Virus record (IMG/VR): IMGVR_UViG_3300005805_000275 | Coordinates: 1 to 32,614 of that record | DNA length: 32,614 nt | Reading direction: 5' to 3' (one strand) | Source: a virus | Lineage: Duplodnaviria > Caudoviricetes | Part shown: piece by piece, positions 23,799-31,784 of the stretch | Position numbering within the stretch: the first letter of the stretch is position 1 | How the letters are laid out: the number at the start of each line of letters is the position of its first letter | The notes under the pieces: model-generated | What the model saw: only the letters and a program-made list of their open reading frames with translations | Database searches by the model: none | What the model was told of the DNA's origin: nothing | Translations under genes and position numbers: made by a program

Positions 23799-26700
23799 TT
23801 CGCAAGTTCTCGGACTATGGAACGCAACTCCAAGAGGCTCGCAAAGAGACCGCCGTTTTTGCTTTCGGGAGAATGAATCCACCGACCATCGGTCATGGAA
23901 TGGTAGTAGAGAAACTCATCTCTCTTGCCCAAGCGAACAACGCCGATCACTTCCTGTTCGTCTCCAAGACGCAAGACCTCAAGAAGAACCCCCTATCTCA
24001 CAAGCAGAAGGTGGACTATCTCAAGAAGTTCTTTCCTAAGGCCAATGTTCCTCTGAACAAGGCCATCAATCCGTTCGATGCGGTTCTGTATCTCTGTGAA
24101 CTGGGCTACAAGAACATTATCGTGGTGACGGGTGATGACCACACCGAAGAATACAAGAAGATTTCGACTTACAAGGGCAAGAAGGACAGCACGGGCAAGC
24201 GAACCTACTCGTTCGACACCTTTCGTGTGGTCGTTGCGGGTGAAGCCCGTGATGAGAACGCTTCTGGTGTGGCGGGTATGTCCGCTTCCAAGATGCGTAA
24301 GGCCGCTTTCGATGGAAACTTCGAGGCTTTCTCTCAGGGTGTCCCCGGTTCCGACAAGGCTCTCAAGAAGAAACTCTACTCGGATGTCCGCAAGGGTATG
24401 GGTCTCAGCGAAGAGTTCGTCCTCGAACAGGCCGACAAGAAGTCCGATGTGACCATCCTTGCCCTCACCTCCTCTCAGAACGACCTTAGCGATACGGTCG
24501 AGAAGATGGAGAAGATTTGTAAGAAGAAGGGCATCGCTTTCTACGGCGTGAAGACGAGCAAGGCCCAGATTGACATCTCGTCAGTCGCCTCCAAGAAGAT
24601 TAAGATTCGCAACTATGATGGTGACGAGAACGATGTAACCATCGACCCTGCCAACACCGTCTGTGTGGTTCGTGGTGGCGTGATGAACAGCGACATCGGT
24701 GTCGCCATCATGACCATCCTCCAGAACAACGGCGTGTTCATGGTCAACGAGCGTGGCGGCATGGAACTCTGTGCGAACAAGTTGGAGACGGCCATCGCAC
24801 TGAAGAAGCACGACCTCCCACACCCACGCACGGCGTTTGTCGCCAACGAGGACAATATCGAAACGGCGGTGAAAGAGGTGGGCGGAAAGTTCCCCATCAT
24901 CGTCAAGACCCTGACAGGAGCCGAAGGCATCGGCGTGTCGAAGATTGAAAGTCTTGAGAGCCTCAAGAGCGTTCTCCAGACACTTTGGAAGTATGAAGCC
25001 GAAGTCATCATTCAGGAGTTCCTCCCGAACTTCAAGAACGATGTCCGAAGCATCGTCCTCAACGGCAAGATATTCGCCTGTGCCAAGCGGGACAAGGCTC
25101 CGAAGGACTTCCGCACGAACATCGCCCGTGGTTCTGAGGGTGGCTCACACCAACTCTCCGATGAGGAAATCAAGTTGGTGGAGCGGGCCGCACGGGTCAG
25201 CAAGTGCTACTATGTCGGTATTGACCATGTAATCAATGATGGCAAGCCTTACATCATCGAGATGAACGCCAGTCCCGGTAGCGGAAACATTTATTACCGC
25301 TATTACGAGGAGGGCAAGGGTAAGGATAATGTCAAGGGTGAGGAACTGGTCGAGGACTTCGTGGAATATCTCACCAACAAGGCTCACTGGAAGTTGTTCT
25401 CCAATCTCGCCGTCCGTGAGACCGTCAAGGTTGACGGCGTGGAGTATCAGGCCAAGGTTGACACGGGCAATAGTGGATACAACATGATTCACGGTGATGA
25501 CATCAAGGACAACGGAGACCACACCGTCACCTTCAAGTTGCCGAACGGCAAGAAGGTCACCAAGAAGATTGTCAGCCGCATCACCGTCAAGAGTGGCATC
25601 GGCAAGAAGCAGAGATTGGTTGTGCTGATGGATATTGATTTCCACGGCAAACACTATCCGAACATCAAGTTCTCCATTGGCGACAGAAGCCATATGTCCA
25701 CCAAGGTTCTACTTGGTCTTCAGTTCCTCAGCAAGACAGGGTTCACGGTTGACCCCTCACAAGCCATTTACCCACAGCCTGAAATAGGCTCAAGTAGGAA
25801 ATCTGAAGAGGAGGAAGAGGAAGAGTTGAACGAAGCCGACCTTGCTTTCAAGGGCAAGGCGATGAAGGGCCACCTTGACGGACTCCTCGACAAAATCAAG
25901 GAGAAGCACGGGACGACCGATGTCACCTACAGCCAAGCCATGAAGGTAGTGGGTTCAACAGGAGCCGCCCGACTTGCCGCCCGTGGAAAGATCAAGCGTG
26001 ACGAAGGTGGTAAGGAGAAGGGCGAACTCGGCAAGACTGATGAGTCTGTTGAAGAGCAGGAGATGTGGGAAGAGTTCCTTGCTGAGATGGCGAAGTCTGA
26101 TGTTTCAGCCGCCGTCAACAACATCTTTAACTCGCCGTTAGTGGTCAAGGATGTCGTTGAACTGGTCACGAAGAGAAAGAGTGTTAGTGCTGAAGAATAC
26201 AAAAAGGCCGCAGAAAAAACCAAGTCAAAAATCATGACTCGGTTGATGGCCGCAGTGTCAGGAGCCGCTGTTCTTCAGGTTCTTGTCTTCAAACTTCTAA
26301 AGACCCCGATTGGAAAGGTTATCGAGAAGAAACTGTTTGAAGTCTTGGTTGAACTTGGAAATTTCGCCCTCACAACCTCACACATCGACCCGTATATTAT
26401 CTCGAAGAAGTTCCATATGCTTGTGGGAACAGTCCTGCCTTTCTTGGCGAACAGTTATACGCCAGAGGACGGCGACACCATCGCAGAAGCGGACATTGGC
26501 AAGAGCAAGGAATACACGACCAAGACGGGTAAGACCAAGGCTTCCCCCAAGGACAAAGAAACAGGTCTACCAAAGAAGTATGTTAGGGGTTTGTCCAAGA
26601 AGTCGGCAGAATCCCGCAAGAAGAAGTTAGCCGCCCGTAAGGATGCCCCCGACGATGACCCGAAGACTTGGGAGTTCACCGACCCCAAGGAGAAGGACAT

Positions 26701-27694
26701 CGAGACCAAGCCGTCCAAGTATACCCAAGCCTTCAAGAAACTCGCCAAGAAGGGTGGGGCATTGAAGGCCATCAAGAACCAGTTTGAGGTCGATTCGGCC
26801 CTGTCCATGATCGAGGGTTTCGAGGATTACGCTTTCGAGAAGCGCATCAACAAGGCTTTGGAGATGGAGCGCATTTCGAAAATCAAAGGACACTACGAGG
26901 CCGCAGAGGTCTATCGTGGGTTCGTTGAGTGGGAAAAGGAACGGGTCTATGAGAACTACACGAACGAACAGACCACACTCGATGAGGATGTGGAGTTCCT
27001 GATGACTGAAGTCAGCCCCCCGTCTGGCCCCGCTCGCCGTTTCTCGAAGAAGGAGAAGGTCAAGAAGGAGTTCCAGAAGCGGTATGGCAAGCGGTGGAAG
27101 GAAGTCATGTATGCCACGGCATGGAAGATGCACAATGATTCCGTAAAGCCAGAGGGCAACATGATTGAATCCGCCATCGACAAGATTTACAGAGAGATTG
27201 TAGTGGAGGGCGCATGGAACTGGACCGCCAAGGGTCTCCGTGGCCCCCTTGAAATCGGAACCGACAAGATTGTCAAGACCTACAAGCACGACACCCCCGG
27301 TGAGCGTGGTGGGTTGACCGAAGTCGCCGATGAAGAGAAGGACGCAATCTACAAGGAATGGTCTAAACTTGTCAACATGAGTGCCAAAGAACTTTCCGAC
27401 TTTATTGACTCGGAAGAGGGCGAAGAAGCGGGTCTCAGCCGTAAGGAAGCGGGCAAGGCAGGAGCCAAAGGCAAGAAAATCAAGTCTGGCCGTGACTCCG
27501 CCCGTGCCATTGTTCGTATGCTCGAACGCAAAAAGGATAGTTGGACCGATAATGATTGGGAATGGGCCAAGCGTCAAATCAACTTTATCAATCGCATGTC
27601 AGGAGCCAAGGGCAAACTTCGAGAGCCTGACGGTAAGCCAACACGCAAACTGCTTGCCCTGAAGATTTGGGGCAACGACCCAGAGAAGAAGTAA
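23795..27694 (+). CDS. Multidomain putative internal head polyprotein: HIGH nucleotidyltransferase + RimK ATP-grasp + RimB-like retropepsin + small modules + DUF3140-like
   Basis: FGRMNPPTIGH, KNPL and SASKMR; then CANK, PIIVK..GAEGIGV, IQEF, DVR, FRTNIARG, GID, IEMNASPG; then AKVDTG and VLLG..FL; C-terminal VNMS..EL...WGNDP. Confidence 0.85.
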   Translation: MIRKFSDYGTQLQEARKETAVFAFGRMNPPTIGHGMVVEKLISLAQANNADHFLFVSKTQDLKKNPLSHKQKVDYLKKFFPKANVPLNKAINPFDAVLYLCELGYKNIIVVTGDDHTEEYKKISTYKGKKDSTGKRTYSFDTFRVVVAGEARDENASGVAGMSASKMRKAAFDGNFEAFSQGVPGSDKALKKKLYSDVRKGMGLSEEFVLEQADKKSDVTILALTSSQNDLSDTVEKMEKICKKKGIAFYGVKTSKAQIDISSVASKKIKIRNYDGDENDVTIDPANTVCVVRGGVMNSDIGVAIMTILQNNGVFMVNERGGMELCANKLETAIALKKHDLPHPRTAFVANEDNIETAVKEVGGKFPIIVKTLTGAEGIGVSKIESLESLKSVLQTLWKYEAEVIIQEFLPNFKNDVRSIVLNGKIFACAKRDKAPKDFRTNIARGSEGGSHQLSDEEIKLVERAARVSKCYYVGIDHVINDGKPYIIEMNASPGSGNIYYRYYEEGKGKDNVKGEELVEDFVEYLTNKAHWKLFSNLAVRETVKVDGVEYQAKVDTGNSGYNMIHGDDIKDNGDHTVTFKLPNGKKVTKKIVSRITVKSGIGKKQRLVVLMDIDFHGKHYPNIKFSIGDRSHMSTKVLLGLQFLSKTGFTVDPSQAIYPQPEIGSSRKSEEEEEEELNEADLAFKGKAMKGHLDGLLDKIKEKHGTTDVTYSQAMKVVGSTGAARLAARGKIKRDEGGKEKGELGKTDESVEEQEMWEEFLAEMAKSDVSAAVNNIFNSPLVVKDVVELVTKRKSVSAEEYKKAAEKTKSKIMTRLMAAVSGAAVLQVLVFKLLKTPIGKVIEKKLFEVLVELGNFALTTSHIDPYIISKKFHMLVGTVLPFLANSYTPEDGDTIAEADIGKSKEYTTKTGKTKASPKDKETGLPKKYVRGLSKKSAESRKKKLAARKDAPDDDPKTWEFTDPKEKDIETKPSKYTQAFKKLAKKGGALKAIKNQFEVDSALSMIEGFEDYAFEKRINKALEMERISKIKGHYEAAEVYRGFVEWEKERVYENYTNEQTTLDEDVEFLMTEVSPPSGPARRFSKKEKVKKEFQKRYGKRWKEVMYATAWKMHNDSVKPEGNMIESAIDKIYREIVVEGAWNWTAKGLRGPLEIGTDKIVKTYKHDTPGERGGLTEVADEEKDAIYKEWSKLVNMSAKELSDFIDSEEGEEAGLSRKEAGKAGAKGKKIKSGRDSARAIVRMLERKKDSWTDNDWEWAKRQINFINRMSGAKGKLREPDGKPTRKLLALKIWGNDPEKK

Positions 27695-27954
27695 TGAAAC
27701 CTTTCAAGCAACTCGTAATAAATATACAGGAAGCGCAAATCGAAGCCCTCAAAAAGAAGGCGGCCAAAAGCGGTATTTCCTATCGTATTCTGAAGCAAGT
27801 ATATGATCGGGGAATGGGTGCTTGGAAGGGTGGACATCGCCCCGGTGCGAACTCTCACGCATGGGCATTAGCAAGGGTGAACTCGTTTATTGTAGGCGGA
27901 AAGACACGGCATACAGCCGATAAAGACTTATGGAAGAAAGCCAAGGGTGGCTAA
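27694..27954 (+). CDS. DUF5824-like small basic protein
   Basis: LKKKAAKSGI...KQVYDRGMGAWKGGHRPG...WALARVNSF...ADKDL. ATG overlaps the preceding TAA. Confidence 0.75.
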   Translation: MKPFKQLVINIQEAQIEALKKKAAKSGISYRILKQVYDRGMGAWKGGHRPGANSHAWALARVNSFIVGGKTRHTADKDLWKKAKGG

Positions 27955-27965
27955 GGTTTCGTATA

Positions 27966-27973
27966 GATAAATA
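27966..27973 (+). promoter_or_regulatory. Late promoter
   Basis: Intergenic GATAAATA upstream of SD AGAGGA and ATG 27998. Confidence 0.65.
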
Positions 27974-27997
27974 AGACAATACTGGAAAGAGGAACAA

Positions 27998-28783
27998 ATG
28001 TTCAGCAAACCACACAACCAAAACTTGCTCAATGATGTCATTAAGATTCTCGGCGGAGCGGATAAGCCAGAAAACAATATTAAGCCCGCCCCCCAATGGG
28101 TTGTGGATGCCTCTCAGGGAGCCGCCCAAACCTTGTCCGAAGCCTATGACTCTGGACAGATTGTGACGAGCGAACTCAAGCGTGACATTCTCCGTAAGCA
28201 TTTCTCCGAAGCAGTAAAGGGTTGTAACTGTAATGTAACGAAGGAAGACCCCATTCACTTCGAGAAGCAGGTCGATAAGCGGATGAACGAGGGGCTGTCC
28301 AGTCGTCCCGAAACCAACAAGCAAATCGAAGAGGCGATCAAGTCGATGCACCGTGATGACGCTGAGGCCATCGTTGCGGGTAAGATTCCCGAAAAGTATA
28401 AGGGTATGGATAAAGCATCTTTGGTTGCCCGTGCGAAGAGTGCGATTGCTAAGACCGACAAGAGCAGAGCCGCCTTTGCCGCTGACAAGGCCAAGCGAGC
28501 CGCCGCCCAAAAAGAACAAATCCAAGTCGATATGCGTTACTTCCTTGAGCAACTCACTCAGGAAGAGGTCGATGTCCTTACCGATGTTGTCCTTGAGGCG
28601 ACCATGAGCAAGAAGCAGTTGGATAAGGCTGTCAACGCCGCTTTCAACAAGCACTTCAACCGAGTTCAAATTGACATGATGTCGATTCCCAAACTGTATA
28701 AGGAAATCGAAGCGGGATTGTCGGGTGGAAAGAATCCCGATGAGTTCATGCCCGCCCTTGTCACGAAGTATCGCAAGAACTAA
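27998..28783 (+). CDS. Hypothetical late protein, possible processed head protein
   Basis: Late promoter, SD, core-like codon use, and several x-x-E|A/G motifs (LSEA, FSEA, MNEG, IEEA, VLEA). Confidence 0.6.
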   Translation: MFSKPHNQNLLNDVIKILGGADKPENNIKPAPQWVVDASQGAAQTLSEAYDSGQIVTSELKRDILRKHFSEAVKGCNCNVTKEDPIHFEKQVDKRMNEGLSSRPETNKQIEEAIKSMHRDDAEAIVAGKIPEKYKGMDKASLVARAKSAIAKTDKSRAAFAADKAKRAAAQKEQIQVDMRYFLEQLTQEEVDVLTDVVLEATMSKKQLDKAVNAAFNKHFNRVQIDMMSIPKLYKEIEAGLSGGKNPDEFMPALVTKYRKN

Positions 28784-28797
28784 CACCAAACGAAACA

Positions 28798-28804
28798 CTA
28801 AATA
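28798..28804 (+). promoter_or_regulatory. Late promoter
   Basis: Intergenic CTAAATA upstream of SD AGGAG and ATG 28830. Confidence 0.65.
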
Positions 28805-28829
28805 GGTAGGAAATAGGAGATTATCCAAC

Positions 28830-29654
28830 ATGGCGACATGGAACAATAACGACAGAGAAGAGTCCAAGCCAACATGGTTGAACCCTTCGCAAAAAATTAA
28901 TTGCGTTAGAACAATCAAGGGTTGGGAAATCCCCCTTCATGGCACAAACCTTGGTGCTAATTATGACGGTTTCAAGACATATACAAGTGCTTCAATCACG
29001 GCCAATACACCTGTGACTGAACTGATTGTCGCTATGCCAAATGATCCATCATCCGCAGGCGTAGCCAGTTCTTTACTTGCGGGAAGGGACAGCATTACAG
29101 GCGGTCTTACTGGTTTGGCGAACGATACGCCAAACTACCGCCCATACTTCACTTGTCCTTTCAATGGTGATGGCCCGACCGCACCTGGTGGTTGGGATGC
29201 TTTGGGGGTTTCTTTCGCCGCTCGGTCTGCGTGGCAATATTCCTCTTCATTAGATGTCACAGGAGCGTCTTCCTATTATGGTGTCGGACCATACGGAAAC
29301 TCAACATTACATCTTCCTGGATACACGGGATATGTGAAGATCGTTGCAAATGATTCGAATTTCACTCAAAGTTTGACATTCGGAATTGTTGCCGCATCTA
29401 CAAATATTACTCGCACTTCTCTTTATACTGGTTCAGATTTGTTAAGTCAGTATAATGTCCCAACCGCTATTTACGAAACATTCTTCGGCCCAACAGCGAC
29501 ATATAACAACAATATCGCAGTACTCAAAATTGATGGTATCTCTGGTGCTACACCGAATAGTGGACCATATAGAGTGACCGTAAGAGTTACCGATGGTGTT
29601 GGTGGTTTGACTGCTGATACGACCTTCTTCTTGCGCTTTGGTCCCACGGGATAA
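28830..29654 (+). CDS. Putative virion structural/decoration protein
   Basis: MATW..D..ESKPTWL...GW N-terminus, G/S/T-rich body, Ig-like end YRVTVRVTDG..LTADTTF. Confidence 0.55.
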   Translation: MATWNNNDREESKPTWLNPSQKINCVRTIKGWEIPLHGTNLGANYDGFKTYTSASITANTPVTELIVAMPNDPSSAGVASSLLAGRDSITGGLTGLANDTPNYRPYFTCPFNGDGPTAPGGWDALGVSFAARSAWQYSSSLDVTGASSYYGVGPYGNSTLHLPGYTGYVKIVANDSNFTQSLTFGIVAASTNITRTSLYTGSDLLSQYNVPTAIYETFFGPTATYNNNIAVLKIDGISGATPNSGPYRVTVRVTDGVGGLTADTTFFLRFGPTG

Positions 29655-29664
29655 AGGAGATATT

Positions 29665-30138
29665 ATGCGTAGTTTCAAGAACTTGAGACAGACGATTTTA
29701 GAATATCATCAATCCAATCCGTTCAGTGGGTGGCGTGGTCGTGTTGGTCCAATGGATGGCCAAAACTCTCTCGACTTCAACCAGAACCTCTCGAAGTTAA
29801 TGCCCAATGAAATTGACCGAATCAACACTTATCTCGGTGCGATTTCAGCCAAGCCCTATATCAATCCAGACGAGGCGTTCAAGGAAATCTGGAACTCTCT
29901 TCATAGTATCGGCCTGAGTTTTACCCCGAACAAGGGAGACTCACTCCGAGTTGAGGGTGAACGAGTATACGAACTCGATCTGTTTGGTGGATACTTCGGT
30001 TCTGATGGAAGCACTTACGATTACACTAAAGAGAACATGGTTCAGAGAAAGTTAGGCCACAAATTGGGACTGATGATTACTTCAAAAAGAACGATGGACG
30101 GGGCGACAAATCTTTCTGCTCAAATCGTCCCCATCTGA
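29665..30138 (+). CDS. Hypothetical protein with capsid-targeting-like N-terminus
   Basis: ATG 29665 after AAGGAG; begins MRSFKNLRQTILE. Confidence 0.6.
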   Translation: MRSFKNLRQTILEYHQSNPFSGWRGRVGPMDGQNSLDFNQNLSKLMPNEIDRINTYLGAISAKPYINPDEAFKEIWNSLHSIGLSFTPNKGDSLRVEGERVYELDLFGGYFGSDGSTYDYTKENMVQRKLGHKLGLMITSKRTMDGATNLSAQIVPI

Positions 30139-30147
30139 TGGGAATAG

Positions 30148-30534
30148 ATGTTTGGTGAACCTTTAAATGATAAAAATTACATTCGCTATGCTATGAAACA
30201 CTACGATAATCCACATGGAGGAATCGAGGAGTTTCAGGAGGACATGGCAAGAGTTGTATACCTGAAGAGGTTATTTCGGAAGTATCATAAGAGTGGTATT
30301 CTTCGTGAGCAGTTAATTCTCAATCACATCATTACATTCTACAATGTATTTGGAGTCGAGGCCGCAACTCGACTCCTTTTCTTTCGTATGGATGCAGACC
30401 TTCACTACATACTAAAGACCTTTTTGGTATTTTTACACTATTTACCAGAGGCAAATCCGAAGTTCGGCGTGGGTGTGGATGTGGTGTCAATCAATATGGA
30501 CATTGAAATCATAAAGAGGCTCAGGAGAATCTGA
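30148..30534 (+). CDS. Conserved T4-like phage hypothetical protein
   Basis: YAMKHYDNP, EEFQED...YLKRLF, LILNHII..YNVFG, LKTFL.FL, a pattern recalled from environmental T4-like phages. Confidence 0.75.
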   Translation: MFGEPLNDKNYIRYAMKHYDNPHGGIEEFQEDMARVVYLKRLFRKYHKSGILREQLILNHIITFYNVFGVEAATRLLFFRMDADLHYILKTFLVFLHYLPEANPKFGVGVDVVSINMDIEIIKRLRRI

Positions 30535-31136
30535 TGAACATCAACGCACTTATCACACACCAGTTCAACAAACTGGTTTCCAATACAACACCGACCAACG
30601 GGAACAAGTTTGCTTTTATTTGCCGTCAGGTCAAGAAAATGTCGGAGAGCGTTACCAATGAAACTGTTCACAATCACACCAGTCGAGTGGTTCGCTCCAT
30701 CCTCTTACTCCGAGATATCTGTGTAACGGACGAGGCTGAACCAAATCTCGCCGAGAACCTTATTCGCCAACAATTCCTGAAGAACGGAGTTATTTTGGAT
30801 GTCCTTGCCGAGTCAGCCCTCCCGCCCACGCCCGTGCGTGCGGGCGTGTACACCGTGCGTGGACAGGTAATTGAACTCGAAGAAGACCTCCTACCGATTG
30901 ACGAATGTCTCGGACACTCCGTTTATCGCACCCCAGAGGCGGGGTATTTCTTGTTCTCGGAAGCAAAGAAGAGGGTCGATGAGGATGCGCCCGTGAACGC
31001 TGTCGGTCACGGAAACATCGCAGGTGTGTCTCCGGGACAGGAACCCCCCGGCCCCAAGGGTGGGTTCAAAGGTCGTATGAGACTTCGCCGAAAGAAGTCG
31101 CCGCAGATTCCCCCCATGGACGGTTGGCCCAAGTGA
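30534..31136 (+). CDS. Hypothetical late protein
   Basis: Coupled to the upstream stop; C-terminal EDAPVNAVGHGNIAG..EPPG; several x-x-E sites. Confidence 0.6.
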   Translation: MNINALITHQFNKLVSNTTPTNGNKFAFICRQVKKMSESVTNETVHNHTSRVVRSILLLRDICVTDEAEPNLAENLIRQQFLKNGVILDVLAESALPPTPVRAGVYTVRGQVIELEEDLLPIDECLGHSVYRTPEAGYFLFSEAKKRVDEDAPVNAVGHGNIAGVSPGQEPPGPKGGFKGRMRLRRKKSPQIPPMDGWPK

Positions 31137-31173
31137 AGGCCCATGTTAAGGCCCAAGTCGAGGCCCATGATGG
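31126..31173 (+). repeat. 4 x 12-bp imperfect tandem repeat, core GGCCCAWG
   Basis: GGCCCAAGTGAA / GGCCCATGTTAA / GGCCCAAGTCGA / GGCCCATGATGG. Confidence 0.8.
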
Positions 31174-31182
31174 AGGTGTCGA

Positions 31183-31764
31183 GTGAGCCTAAGAGAAGTC
31201 CAGAAAAAACTAAAAGAATTTTCAAACCTTCACCTTGACATGAAGTCGAAAGCGGCGACACAATGGCTCGCCAATAATCTGTCAAGTATACAGACTCCGA
31301 TTCGTCCAGACTCTTACAACAAAATACTACCTTCAGGACCGACACCCCTAAGATATGTTGAGGGGTGTATGCTGTTTTTTGGTTATGAGCCGAAGACAAA
31401 GGATTCGCTACCCTTCTGGGACGAGTATCCGTTGGTGGTCATACTAAAAAAGAGTACCAAATCAATACTTGGGCTAAACCTCCACTATCTTTCGCCAAAC
31501 GAGAGAGCGAACTTCTTGGAGAGGCTTCTCAGAACGGTTGACAATCCTGAATACCACAAGAACGCCCCATCGTACTTCAATGCAACCTATCAACAAATGA
31601 AGAAAAACCGCTCTCTTCGTAAATGTATAAAACGATACTACATATCTAATATAAAGACCAGAGTGAATGTGATTCCTTCTCCCGAATGGAAGATTGTGAC
31701 CTTTATTCCGATAGACCGATTCAGGATGGCTACAAAGTACTATGTTTGGGCGAAAACCAAATAA
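31183..31764 (+). CDS. gp2: DNA end protector protein gp2
   Basis: G.MLFFGYEPKTKDSLPFWDEYPLV, GLNLHYLSP..R, CIKRY, EW...FIP.DRF. GTG 31183 after GGAGGT; alternative ATG 31240. Confidence 0.88.
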   Translation: MSLREVQKKLKEFSNLHLDMKSKAATQWLANNLSSIQTPIRPDSYNKILPSGPTPLRYVEGCMLFFGYEPKTKDSLPFWDEYPLVVILKKSTKSILGLNLHYLSPNERANFLERLLRTVDNPEYHKNAPSYFNATYQQMKKNRSLRKCIKRYYISNIKTRVNVIPSPEWKIVTFIPIDRFRMATKYYVWAKTK

Positions 31765-31767
31765 ATA
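31761..31767 (+). promoter_or_regulatory. Late promoter
   Basis: ATAAATA overlapping the gp2 stop, upstream of SD AAAGGA. Confidence 0.55.
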
Positions 31768-31784
31768 CACCAAAGGAATAGAAT

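Noticed and set aside
27718-27724. ATAAATA as a late promoter
   Set aside because: Inside a coding sequence; the next gene already has an intergenic site at 27966.
2175-29664. Upstream-extended starts in the ORF track (2175, 4000, 4259, 7168, 14008, 14874, 15920, 22563, 27667, 29638)
   Set aside because: They overlap upstream genes or promoters; downstream starts match SDs and domain boundaries.
31126-31173. CRISPR mini-array
   Set aside because: Period is only 12 bp with no unique spacers.
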